Positions 12,711 to 26,214 of a stretch of DNA of 64,000 nucleotides are shown piece by piece. The stretch is from Vicugna vicugna (taxonomy: Eukaryota). Numbering within the stretch: position 1 is the first letter of the stretch; every line of letters starts with the position of its first letter. The translations under genes and the position numbers were made by a program. The notes under the pieces were generated by a model. That model worked only from the letters and a program-made list of their open reading frames with translations. It was not told the origin of the DNA and made no database searches. The DNA lies in NCBI GenBank assembly GCA_013265495.1, contig MU058384.1:1179690-1243689 (forward strand). The letters run 5' to 3'.

Positions 12711-14329
12711 AATTAAAAACTATAAAATTAAGTATAAAAGCAAAAATTTAGAATGTAAAGATATGAAAAATATTATAAATAGAATACTATAGTAGCTTTA
12801 AAATGAACTATCTACATGTTTCTGTAACTCTTTTTCCCTACACGTTGCAGCTTTACCTTCTTTGACTGCCTCCTTACCTAACAATTTTTGATACAATTTT
12901 CTATAAAGAGGATACAAAGATATATTAGTCTTTTTTCTAATAATGCTAATATATTTTTTAAAAAATCATTAACAGGTGAGAAAATTTCCTTCAGCATCAA
13001 AACATGTTATGGATAATCACCACCCACTGTCAAAAATAAGATATGCTTTTGACATTCTAAAGCTACAACAAGTTTTATTTTGGGGAATGAATTTTTGGCT
13101 TTCTGTTATATTTTAATTTTGATACGATCAATAATTTGGAAAATATATTTACAAATTTAATCTGAAATTAAGGCATACTAAGGACATTTTAAATACATTT
13201 TAAAATTACCACTCTGGTATTTTGATCTACAGAGTTTTTTTTATATGATCAAGTTACTTTTTTACTACATAGATTCATTAATTGATATATGTGAGATTTT
13301 GGTCACTGGCAATAGTTCACTTTTAGGCCATTTGACTGTGTTGGTAGCAATCTGGCATTTCATTTTATCCAGACCCATCAGACTTCAACAAGACAAGATA
13401 ATGTCATATATGCTGAAATACATATCTAATACCTTGGGCTACATTAAACACCCATCTTCTCCCAAAAACACACTACTCTTTGTAGTCTAAGACTTTTGCA
13501 CTGAAACACAAAAATTAATAAATTCTATTTTGTGTAATTCATAACAGAAAAATATATGGGTATTTATAATTGCTTTATCAAGTATACTTCTATATTTCTA
13601 ATAGAACAGCTCTTCATTTTTTATAGGATGTTCAGGAGAAATAACTACACTTATAATTTTACTCATCTGATGATGGGTAGAAATTCCAACACAGCAGCTT
13701 CTTGCTCTGTAATTATAAACATTGCTTCTCTCTCACTGCCAAGACGGCCCCAGGGCTAATCATTAAAGGACATATTCATATTATAGAATGAGCTGTGAAC
13801 CTGCAACTTTGGATCACAATGTTAAACAGGCTGGTGCAAGAGCTGGAAGCTATACCTGGAAGCTACTCTTACACCAGAGGGGCTAGCAAAAATATAGAAA
13901 TGAAACTCACTGGAAACCACAAAAGTGTATCTCGTCAATCTCAAACTAAAGGTATCCAAATCAACTTCCTCTTGGGCTGATTCCCCAAATCCCACAGCCA
14001 TTCTAGCACAACCTAAAATGAGGTTGTAATGGAAGGGAAGTATTTGAGATGTGTGTCTTTAATGCCCCTGTGTTTGTAAACAGACAAACAAACCATAGAG
14101 ATCTTAAGACAGAATAAGATAGAAAGGAGATAACAATAGACTGTCACGGGTAATGATATGTGCAGTAATAAAGATTTATGTAATAGAAGGAACTAAAGGA
14201 TTAATGAAACAACAAGAATATCCTTTCAGGAAACTGTTAGTAATTTACAGAACCACACTACCTACTCTAGTTCAGTAAGAAACAGGAGTTAAGCAGTAGG
14301 GTTAAGAGTACTAGGGGAGGGGAAATACT

Positions 14330-16385
14330 GTGGATGTTTTACTAAAATTTTGGAGAAAATGTAATTATATCCTTACAGAAATTATTTCCATAAAAAGGAA
14401 AATAGGAAATACTTCCCAAATCTTATGAATCTATAATAATTATGATATAAAAATCATGATGAGTAAGAAGGAAGAAAATGGTACTTTATTTCCTTACTCA
14501 GGTACACAGAATCAAAAATTTTAAAACAACACTAGCACAAAAAAAGGATCATTTTATTTTTAAATGTATCATGACTAAGATGAGTTTATCCAATGAATAC
14601 AAGGTGCCTTATGTATAAGAATCTCAACATAATTCACCACACTAGCAGATTAAAGGAGAAAAGAAACATTATCTCACCAGATAGATTAGAATCATTTGTT
14701 TAAAAATCAGCACCTATTCATAATTAACCATCTTAGGAAACTATGACTAGAAACAAAACCAAACGTAGTAAAAGCTGTCTATCAAAAATCAATCACTAAA
14801 AACATACATAAAGAAGAATTCTTAGGAACATTGTTTCCAAACTTAGGATCAAAGCAGACATGATCATTACTATTCAGAATTGTCTACGAGAATCTTGATG
14901 ATGGAGTCAGATTAATTAAACATTTGTGACAAAATAGAAATTAGAAAAGAAATAACAAAACCACCGTTATTTGAGGACAGCTACATTCAAAAATAACAAG
15001 AATTAGTAAGAGATAAAGAATACTGGTGAACAGAGATAAATTTATAAATTTATACTCCAAAGCAATACAAGTTAGAAAATGTAATATTTAACAGATCACA
15101 CTTACAATAGCATAAAAGTAAAGAGCACATTGAAAAACTCTAATTGAAATATAACAGAAAAGTAGAAAACTTTATTAGAAGACATTAAAATCTGTAAGTA
15201 GGGAAGTAAACTATATTCATAGATAAGAAGACCCAATTAAAAAAAAAAAGAATGTCAGTTTTCCCCCAAATTAATCTATATATTGAACGCAATTACAGTC
15301 AAACTCTAAATAAGATTTTGACTAGAAATTGACAAACCAATTCCAAAATGTATGTGAAAAGGGTCCAAAAACAATTTTTAACTTTTTTGAAAATCACTGA
15401 TTTCAAGACTTATTTTAAGTTGCAGTAGTTAAGACTGTAAAGTTGTTATTAAGATAAATAAATAAAATTATATTACAAAATAGAGTAAAACTGAACCAGA
15501 ACCACACATGAAGGAAACTTGGTTTATGACAGAGATAGTATTGCAAATTAGGATAAGTTACTCAATAAACGGTATTGGGACAAATGGTTTAATGGTGGAA
15601 AAGAACAAAACCGTGTTTCTATCTTAGACCACATACAAAAATCAATTCTAAGCAAAATAAATTTTAACAAGTAAAACCTTAAACTTTCAGAAAACAAAGA
15701 AATTATATTTACAATATTGTGTTTTAGAAGGGATTTTTAATCAATTCCCCCAAAAGAAAAACCATAAAGGAAAAGATGGACAAGTTTGTCAACAACAACA
15801 AAAATAATGAAAACTGCTACACATCAACAGACACTTAAAGTATGAAAATTACAATGTACAGACAAAAGTGGATTGATCCAACATAGAAATTAATTCAAAT
15901 ATGCAACAACTCATTCAAAATAGGGCAAATGATACATAGAGCAATTTACAGAAGAGAAATATTCCAAAACCAATAAATGTTGAGCAAATCCTCAACAACT
16001 TCAGTAATCAGAAAAATTAAAATTAAAATTAAAAATTAAAATGATACTATTTCATTATGTAATCATATCAGCTACATTTTAAACATCAGACAATACCAAT
16101 AGATGGTGAGTACCTGGAACAAAAAGAATTCACACAGTTGGTGGTGGTAAGGTACATTGTCTAACCATTTGGGGAGTAATTGACACTATTTGGCGAAGTA
16201 GAAAACACACATCCATCAACCTAGTCCCTAGAAAGAAAACTCACATACATGCACAAGGAGACTTAGGAGCATTCTTTGAAATAAGCAAAAATAATGGAAG
16301 TCATTTAAATATCTATTAAGAGTAAAAAGGGAAAAATAAACCATGGGAGATTCGTGCAATGGAATACCCCACATCAGCAATACAT
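14330..16385 (+). mobile_element. Old L1 (L1ME-like) ORF2 remnant
   Basis: A-rich decayed ORF2 landmarks 'atacttcccaa', 'ataattcaccacac', 'ccccaaattaatctata', 'accacatacaaaaatcaattc' and 'caatggaatac'; no open frame. Confidence 0.85.
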
Positions 16386-16861
16386 GAGGGCAGACACAGT
16401 ATTGTTGCAGTAAGCCACTGATTTTTAATTTGTTCAATTTCTAAAGAGATACAATATTGAGGTTAACTTTGTACAAGTTATTTCTTACTTTATTAGATTT
16501 TAACTAAGAAAATCTAACACACAACTGACTGCACTGCCTGCAAAAACATACAACTAGCACAGCTATTCTTGTTGTCGTTGAAGCACTGAGCTTCTATAAA
16601 TCCTTTTCACAGAGATGCCCCTATTCAACTGCTGAATGGGTAACATTGTGTGAACTTGCCCTTTGAATCAGATCCTGTAAGCTCATAAGGAACTTTGATG
16701 AGTCCTTGAGAAACACTGAATGTGATTCTTAGTGATCCAATCACATGCAACATTACTAAGAGCTTGTGTGGCTTTCTCTGGCTGGAGAGCAGTCCAGTTA
16801 TGCTTGACAGCCTCCTTGATGGCCTGAATGCTCTTCCCCGAACGCGCAATGCAACATACAA

Positions 16862-16864
16862 ACA

Positions 16865-16898
<34 letters not shown>
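16862..16898 (+). repeat. (CA)n microsatellite
   Basis: Directly visible. Confidence 0.95.
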
Positions 16899-17649
16899 TT
16901 CATTGCTAACGAACCAAGAAGAAATATTAATAGCGAATCCACTAATAACTATGCAACACCAAGAAGATCAAAGGGATCAGTTCAAACAAGAATCTGAATG
17001 AAAAAGGACTGCATTGCCTGCATCGTTTTCCTGCATTTCCACCTGGTGTGCCAACCTTAGCATATCAAGTAGACAGCATGCATTTTGAAGAGGGTAGAAG
17101 TCTTATTTTACATGCAAGAGTAAGGTAATTTTATATCTGCTCTAAGAGTGGATTAAGTAGTTACAGACAATAGTTAAGCTACTAAAATAATCATGAAGAA
17201 GAATGGATAGAAGAACAGATCCTTGCAACAAACCCATGTTAATTACCCTTGCAGCCAGGAGATCAATTTGCATAGCGTCTTTGAAGCCTGTCAGGTATGA
17301 ATTGAACCACTGAGCTGCTACATTTGATAATCCAGCCCTTGAGCTTATTTTTTCCCCCTGAAGATGTTGTTTCAGCCTACCAGGCAGTTTTCCTTATATA
17401 AAAGTACTCGTTTCTAATTAATTTCCTCCTGTATTTAACACACACACATACACATCTTTATGACTTTTAAAGACATTATTAACAAAATATTATCAAAAAC
17501 ATGGATTATGTCAATTACATATATGAAAGAAAAACTATTTGTTTATTGTAAGTTTTAGGTTTAATTCTCAAAATCTGAGAACTCAAGAAGTATCCTGGGA
17601 CATTTATAGATTTGCAATTGGCTAAATGATAACGAGGCTGTATTGTAAA

Positions 17650-17835
17650 GGGCTTCACCTGTATTAACTCATTTAATATTCACAACAGCCATATGAAATA
17701 GGTAATATAGCTTTCTTCTTTTTACCCAAAGGAAAACTGAGGCACAGAGAACTAATAAATGGGCCAAAGTCAATCAATTAAGAGAATGGCAGAGTCAAGA
17801 TTGGCATCCATATAGCCTGATTTCTAGCACGTCTC
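17650..17835 (-). mobile_element. MIR SINE
   Basis: 'attaactcatttaatattcacaacagcc...aggaaaactgaggcacagaga...tggcagagtcaagatt'. Confidence 0.88.
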
Positions 17836-19479
17836 TGATCCACTCTACCTTACCTTTCCTAAAAAGTCTACACTTCGTTGCCTCCCCTAAGGAGTATGAT
17901 TCTATTTAATTATATTAACTTGAAAAGAAATAGAAACATATAGATATATGGTACTTAGTAAAATTTATCCACTGGAATAATTTGTCCACTTCTGGATTTT
18001 GAAAATCAAAGGGCCAACAGGGATACTATAGAAAATAAAAAGTACAGAAAAATGTGTGAGAAAGAAAACTAAGAAACCGAATGAGCTCTACGAAGATTAA
18101 TTATATTCTTAGAAAAATGTAGCAAAAATCATGAGATTTTAATTTAATTCAAAATTATTTAATTAATTTTAAAAATTAGAATTAAGAATTATAAAAATAG
18201 TGACTTAAGCCATGTCATTTATATCTTTCATTAATACTTTGACAGTAGGCCAAGTCTTTTTTGTGTATGGATCTGTTGATTGGGGTTTTAATGACCTTTT
18301 AATTTTGTTAAGACCTAAAAATCTAGTTTTAAAAAATCCCAGTTTTATGTGAATGCAAAATTTTCCAGAATTTAGCAAAAATTTTTCCATCATTTACAGT
18401 GGTTTCAATTCCAATGAATTCAACTCGCTTTTACCAAACATTTACAAAGTCGTCAATTTTATTTTCATTAAAACAAGAAATATTGTCACATGTCTATTTC
18501 TGTAATTTGCATAACGGCCCAGGAAGGAAATAGCCATTTAGCCATTGACCATTTTATATTTAGCATGATTTAACTACATATTAATGTCCATTCATAATAT
18601 CACCCTCTAAGTGTCGTGACGTTACCTGTGAATTTATCATGTATTTCTATGTTCATGTTACAGAAACCAAATTCAAATGAACTCAAATGTTAAGAAAACT
18701 GTATTAAAGTAATTAAAGATTAGTGTTTGCCAAATAGTTAGTATATATAGGAGAGGGTAGGCAAAAGTAACTTCAGCCCAGAAAGGCAAGGTATAACTTA
18801 AAATGCGGCTAAATTTGGTTAACTAAGAATTGTTACTAACCCAGAAAAAACAATACAATTACTAAGTACATTCTCTTATGTGACCTTCTGACACATCAAC
18901 TTCTATAATTTGCATAATATTCCATTAAATTTGATAATTACATATGCAAAAATATTGGCATATTTGTGGGGGAAAAAATCGGACTCTGGGTAATCCTAGA
19001 TGTCACCTGGTTGAAGTGTATACAAATGGGAGGGATGAGTAATTACTAGAGTAGCCTGCTGGCCATGAGCACTCAATGCCTACTTGGGATCATACTGCAG
19101 AGAGCTTTCTCCACCCGCAGATAAGCTGGGCTCTGTGAGTTCTGCCTAACACTCTTGTATTTCTGGCATTCTAAAATCCAAGAATCCTAGAAAAAGGATT
19201 TAATCACCCAATATGGGTTGAATATCTAATAGTAGATCCATCACTGAAGCCATCTGAATGGAGTTCTAGTTCGTTAACTATGGAAGAATATTTATAAATA
19301 TTTGCAGCAAATACACAGTTATATCCCCTGCTAAAGGGTAGGTAGGTTTCCCCATGGGAAAAATTAAAACTGCCCAAAACTGAAGTTCAAATATATACAA
19401 ACATTGGTAGTAGATTTGTGGAGAATGTAACAAAGTCAGATTAGTGAGACCTTCAAGCCAAATCATCCTAAGAAAAGGA

Positions 19480-22400
19480 ACATGCAGGATGGGATATTCT
19501 CCACAGGAAAAATCTGCCATCACACAGGACTTTGTGTGAAATTGTACTGAAAGCCACATAATTCTAGCCTCAGTTACCAATAAAAACTAGGCTATTAAGG
19601 TGTCTGTAATAAAACGGAAAGAATTCTACATCTAAAAAAATATATATCACAGCAAAGACTGACCTGGCAGATACACTCATCGCCCTAATTCTTCTTGTCT
19701 TTCAGGTTATGGGATTTTGAATCGGTATTACAAATCAGCCTCCTGGCATGGAATCTTAGAAGATGATTCTAACGTAGCCCAGGTGAACAGTGTGAGAATT
19801 CAAGGAGAATCTGAAGAACCCATGGTAGGGCATCTCCAGGGACAGAGGAAGCATCAGCATTCAAATATGAGAAGATAGAAAAATACCTATGACAGCCAGA
19901 CGTAGTGCTCAACAGCCAGAGAAAAGGGTATAACATGCCAAATACCTGTCTGTGACATAAATTAATCTTAGCTTGCTAAGATTCAATAACATAGATTCCA
20001 TGAAACAAAATATGAATGATGAAATTATAAGAGTAATTGAGACAAAATATGGGAATTCATAAGGGAAATAGATACGACAAGAAAGGCTTAAAAATAAGAA
20101 CATAATGATTTGAATAATTAATAAATTTGATTTAATAGATTCCTTTTTATTAAATCTTAATTCTAGGAGATCACTTCTAAAACAGTGCTTGGAATATTTA
20201 TAAAAATTAATCTTGCAATAAGATACAAAGAAATCTACAAAACACATAAATACAAAGAAAACAGACATAATACTGACAATAATCTTTGTCCAAAATTCAA
20301 CAAAATAACAAATTAACAACAACAACAACAAAACAAGGAAACCAACAAGGTAGATTTTTCTTTTTTTTAATTGTTACATAACCCCCTAGGGTCAAAGAGA
20401 AAATCAAAGCTACAAATTTACAGTTAGAAACAATACTATATGTCATATTTTTCATAATTCAAAATATTCTCATTATTAAATAAGAAAAACTAAAATAAAA
20501 TCAATTATTTCATTATCTAAAATTAAATTCAATTCAACAAATTCAAAAAAGACAAAATAAGCATGAGATTAGAAATAAGAAATTAATAATATATGTGAAA
20601 TTATCATTTTAAATAATAAATAAGGCTAGAAATAAATATTTTGGAATAGCAATAAAATAAACTTATAATATTGAATTTAGTAAAACAAATAGAGAAAAAT
20701 CTACATATACTCCATTAGATGTAAGAAAAAGGCTACAATCACAGGACAGAAGAGTACAAACAATTAAAATATTTTCCACATAAAACTGTGATAAATTAGG
20801 GGGAAAATGGTGGCTGGATTATTGAAAAAAAAAATTAAAGAAAAAAATTGAGTAGGATCCTTCATTTTCTGATCAGGTCCTTGTTCATTCCTGAACATAA
20901 CAAACATTGAACACTCTTGAATACTTAATTTTTATGAACATTACCCAGACTACAACCATGACAAAGACAGACAAAGCAAACCAAACAAACACATTTTTAA
21001 AAGACCACACAAGAATATCAGTTATGGAGATAGATATAAAAACCTAAATAAGATATAAGCAAATTGAATCTAGTAATATATCAAAAGAATATATCATTAT
21101 CTAGATTTTTGAATATAGAAATATTTCTTTTAATATTAAAGAATATATTAATTTAATTATAAGTATCAGTCAAAGGAGAACCAAATAAAGAGATCTTGAT
21201 AAAACCTTGAAATTCATCAATCCAGTACATTTTTAATTCTTTCCTGATGCAAAAACCTTAAAAAGTAAAGAAACAATGCAACTATGAAACAAGAAGAATG
21301 CTTATTTCAAATCCTTGGCTATTTGAAAAATACTGAAAGCATTTCTTCATGAAAGCCAGAAACAGCAACAATAGTCACAAGTACTAATATTTGCTAGTTC
21401 TCTAGATGCTCTTACCAAAGTAAAAAAAATAAAATAAAATAAAAAATAAAGTATAAATCACTTTGAGAGAAAAAGTATTGTTATGTTCAGATGCTTTATT
21501 ATTCTATATCCAAGAGAATCAAGTGAAAAACATTTCAAATAACAATAAAATTTCCCAATTTTATATATTCTGATGATTAATGATGATTAAGAAATTGTTT
21601 TACAGATACATATGCACACAGATAGACAGTAACAAACAAGAAACAGGCAATAACTTATTGGAGAAAATTTTTCGAACCAAACTGCATAAAAGAAAACATG
21701 ACTAAACAGAGAGGTCAATCATGAGAAAATTTAACCATGTGTATGTGGCCAATCTCCCTCAAATCAATATATACATATAATGTGTAAAGACATAATTGTA
21801 AAGTCTATCTTGAGGCAATAATATGGTAGCTGGATTATTGAAAATAACAGATTTAATAGAAAAAATTAATGAATAGGTCCTGCTCTTTCATATTCTGAAA
21901 TGTACCATAAAGCTTTACTACTTTTTAAATGAGTGCAAAAATAGATCAATGGAAAATAACAAAATTCCTTCAAAGTGACTCAGGTATAATGAACATTTTA
22001 GAATATAATCATTGTTGAATTTAGAAGTAATAGCATTCAGTTCACTCTTTATAATTTTTTTAATTCCTTAATTGTACATGTGTACCTTCCCACACACAAA
22101 TACACAGATGGATTTAACATATCAATGTAAAAAACTCACATGTTAAAGGAACTAAAAGAAAATTTATCTGATCTTGGCATGAGGAAAAACTTGTCTAAGC
22201 ATAAATGTAAAGGAACAATCCTTTAAGGAAATCTTAGAGATATTTATATGGATGAAAATATAATACTCTCTTAGGTCAAAATATCATTATAAACAAATTT
22301 TTAAACCTCAATTTAAAATTAAAAAAAAACTATGGGAAGTATATGTACAAGTGTATTAACAAGGCTTAATTATATTTCTCTATATAGAGCTCTTTGAAAC

Positions 22401-23280
22401 TGATGTGACTCAAAAAAAAAAGTCCAAGTGAGAATAGAAGCAGAAATTTCACATAAGAAGAAAAGCAAACAAAACAAAAGTAAACATGAAATGAAGTACA
22501 ATTTCTCTACTAAAAAAAGCAATACAAATTTAACCAATGAAAGAGTTGGTTAACTATAGAGTCAGCTTAACGACTGTAATACCCACAGTAAGCAAAGTTT
22601 CAGTGAAATGAAAATACATACACTACTGGTAGTGCGCAGTGACCCCAAATTAGGAAAGACATTTGACAAGTAATGAGAAGTAATGTCATTTAGCTGAATG
22701 ATTATGCTTCTAGAACTGTATTCTGTCAAAACCATGTGAAATGCATGAAAAGATTTGTGAACTAATATTTATATTATTATGAACAGTGTCAAAAAGAAAC
22801 AAAAATTTTTAATCCTCTTTAAATGTGGATTGGTTAAATAAGGGATGGGGTATCAAAACAATGGAATATTATGTAGTTTTTTGAAATGATATTTTAGAAT
22901 AAGATATGTCTAAATGTATTTATTACAAGAGCTGTCTCTTCAAATGAAACTTTAGTGACACTGAAATAGCAGAACAGAACACTAATATAGGTGGATCCAC
23001 ATTAGTTCAGCGCTCTCGGGCCCTCAGTCTCCACCTGCCCTCATGGTGGCCTGAAGGGCACCCATGTTTGAAAATAGCTGCTAAGGAAAAATATTTAGGG
23101 GGAAATAAAAGTTTATATATTGAATGTTAAGTGGAAAATAAATTGGTTATAAAAACAACATGCACAGTTTAAATGTGCACATACATGCACAAAAATGGTT
23201 TAAAATACTTCTTTAGTACATGATGGGATGAATTTTTTAACATTTTCTTTTTGTGTGTTTTTCTGTATTTTTCCAACATG
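19480..23280 (+). mobile_element. Very old L1 (L1ME-like): putative 5'/ORF1 remnant, ORF2 remnant and 3' UTR, internally deleted
   Basis: A-rich ORF2 landmarks from about 20180 ('aatagatcaatggaa', 'agatggatttaa', 'aatttcacataagaagaa', 'cactactggtag', 'atggaatattatgtag') and an L1ME-style tail near 23220-23280. The 5' boundary is uncertain. Confidence 0.75.
22928..23080. mobile_element. Possible short hAT-Charlie MITE nested in the L1 tail
   Basis: GC-richer island bounded by 'gagctgtctcttcaaa' and 'tttgaaaatagctg', which form imperfect inverted termini. Confidence 0.45.
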
Positions 23281-23533
23281 TAAGGGGAGACTGTTATATT
23301 TTAGCAGGAAAATAAAAGTATAACCCCTTCACAGAGATTGAGCATAAAGTACAATCTATAAACAGGGATGGGTGGCTCTGGAATATAGAATGGGGGACCC
23401 TGAATTATAACCATCACCTACCTGCTTGGTGATATTTATTTGAATCAGGCAGTAGCAACCTTTTCTATGAAACCCCTCCACAGATGTTTGTGGAACGTAG
23501 AAAATGAATTTTCCTCTATGACCAAACAAACAA

Positions 23534-23578
<45 letters not shown>
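23534..23578 (+). repeat. (AAT)15 microsatellite
   Basis: Perfect trinucleotide run. Confidence 0.97.
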
Positions 23579-24011
23579 TTCCCCTACTGCAGGCTTGAAG
23601 AACATTGTATTATTTCTTGTATAACTAGAAGAGAATGATTATACAACTAGAATAATATTGATTGAGTCATTCCCAAGATAAACACAATAGAATATTATGA
23701 ACAGCTGAGAGACAAATTACACATTTGATCTTGGATGAGTTACTATATTAATATTTCTCTGTGCTTCAATTAACTAATTTATAAAATTGAATAATCATAT
23801 ATCTATAGATATAGATATAGGTAACTGAAGGATAAGCTTTTTCACCTCTTTTATGGGTTATTCCCCTCTGGTGTATATCGGGAAAAATTAAGTTTGTTAG
23901 ACAGATCATCATGTGCCTGCTCCAAAGTTGTCACTTGCCATTCAAAAATTTTGTTCCTCTCTGTTCCTCTGAAGAAAACACTGTTCATGTCCTGCCAATT
24001 TCAGTCTAGAC

Positions 24012-24292
24012 CAGCATGGTACAATGGAAATATATGTGAACCATACATGTATTTTATATTTCTTGGTAGCCACATCAAAAATAACAACAGGAAACAAGTA
24101 AAATTATTTTAAGAAAATATATTATTTAACCTAATATGTTCAAAATATTAGTATTTCAAAAGTAAACTGAACAGTGAGGTAATTTTTTTCATATTAAGGT
24201 TTGAAATCTGGTGTGTAATTCATACTAGACTAGCCATGGTTCAAATTCTTGGTAGAAAGTGTGCATAGTATTTGCCATATTGGTTAGCACAG
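24012..24292 (+). mobile_element. MER33 (hAT-Charlie)
   Basis: Follows the recalled consensus 'CAGC...CAAT.GAAATAT...TAGCCACAT...GAAATC.GGTGTGTA...GACTAGCCA...TATTGG..AGCACAG'. Flanks gtctagac / ctctacaa fit a degenerate 8-bp NTCTAGAN target duplication. Confidence 0.9.
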
Positions 24293-24883
24293 CTCTACAA
24301 CCTCTTCCTGTTATTCAGCTATTTCCTCCTCTTCTATGTCCTCCAGTTCAATTTGGAACTCTTCATTATAAAACAATCTCTGACTCCTTTCTAAATCTCT
24401 TTCCTACAAAGCTCTCAACTTGTATCAGGAAGGTTCAGAAAATTGAAGTAGAAATACCACATATGAGATAAAGTAAAGTAAAAGCATATGCACAGTACTA
24501 CAAGTAAACATTCCACGCTTTAGGAGAATTTCATATCCTAACTGTGCCTCCAACTTTCACTCCCACAATTAACTCAGAATTTTCATCTAACTTTCACCCT
24601 GTGATTCGTTTCTCATCAGTTAGAAAATACTACCCCTTTCCAATAGGCCTTGGCCTCATCCAGACACACCACGCACTTGTCAAGTAGATTAATGATTTGT
24701 CTGAGATCTTCAGATAAAACCCAAACTCCAGTCTAAAGTCACACTCACATAGCATTACGGTTCATGAAACTTATGTCCCACAATACAGTCTGGGATGAGT
24801 AGAATCACTTTAATTAGTGCCACTGTTACCCAGTGTGATTTTCCAACATACTTTTATTTCGCAAATCATATTTCTTTAAAGCA

Positions 24884-24935
24884 TGTGCATGCGCATGAGC
24901 ACGCACACACACACACATACAAACACAGACACACA
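24884..24935 (+). repeat. CA-rich simple repeat
   Basis: Directly visible. Confidence 0.8.
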
Positions 24936-25264
24936 GCCTTGCCTTGCAAGGACAAAGCTAACTCTCAATGTTAACACAGTTTAACTCAAATTATAAGATA
25001 GTTTCCTATTTGCCTTAAAGTTGCAAAGTTATCCTCTCATAAAAAAGTAGGTAATTCACCCTCATTTTATCTATACATTTCAATTTTTGCCCCCTCAGAT
25101 GGGCTAAAAGGAACTGGATGCCACTAATATTAAGCTAACAATGGTAGCTCCCTCAACTAAATAAAAACCAAGCTTAAGCTATAAAAGCTTTGAATTTTGC
25201 TTCACGTGATCAGGAAAGAGCTTTTTCCTTCCCTGTATTCGTTTGTAGCATAGAGATAGTGGTC

Positions 25265-25375
25265 CATTTACTCTTACTTCATAGGCTAATTGGGAGGATA
25301 AAGAGAAAGAAATTTAAGCTGCCTCATAGTGAGCCTGGCATATAGAAGACATTCAGTAAATCTTAGCTAATAATG
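25265..25375 (+). mobile_element. MIR 3' fragment
   Basis: 'cttacttcataggctaattgggaggataaa...gcctggcatatag...cagtaaatcttagcta'. Confidence 0.75.
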
Positions 25376-26214
25376 TCTGATGAGAATGAAGATGAGAATG
25401 ACATGGTCATTGTTTTAATTAGTTTATGATCAAAACCTATTTTGCTATATTTTTCATAAAACCTACTGTAACAGAAAAATATCAGTTATCCCACACTCTT
25501 GTATTTTTCCTTCATAAAGCCATTTTGCAGCAGTAACAGTGTCATTTTGCCTAAAGAATTTAAAATATTAAGTAGAAGGGGTATTTTATCATCAAATTTA
25601 TTTTTAATTAATTTTTGTATTTTCAGTAATGTTTTGTATTTCAATATGGAAAGCCAAAATACATTATTTAAGTGCTCTTTAGTAAGCCAAACACTCTGAA
25701 AAAACAAGTTCATGTGATAATTGTGTATTCTAAGATAACTATATCTACGCTCATGGCCAATAAATCATACCAACTTAATTTCAATGTCAGGTGATTGTAG
25801 AAACAAATCAAAAGTGAAATAAAGTTCTTTTCTGTTTTCTTAAACATTTGTAATTAAATGGTAGCTTGTGTTCCTTGCTCTAATGAAATATATTCAAAGG
25901 AAACATATTTTGGCTAAAATACAAAGTTTATGTGATAGAACAATTTTCTTTATATAGCAAGCATAAAAGACAATTATCAATGTTAATTATAATTCAAATG
26001 CAATGAATTTTAAATGCGGGTTGTACAAAAAAGGAATATGGACACAATTTTAGAAATCATAAATTTTCCTACAGGCCTCTTTTCTCTCCTCTTCTGCATC
26101 CTACCTCTCTCTCTTTCTCACCATTGCATTTTTAGTCTCTTTTTTTCCACAAGTTTCTCTCCTTTACTGTACATACTCAAATTTCCCCAATCTTAAAATG
26201 AATAAATAATTAAA

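Noticed and set aside
16625..16997. Overlapping ORFs with VCVC/HTHT repeats
   Set aside because: Translation artefacts of the (CA)n microsatellite.
19909..20331. 140-aa hydrophobic ORF resembling a membrane protein
   Set aside because: Antisense reading of A-rich L1 remnant, which yields F/L/I-rich artefacts.
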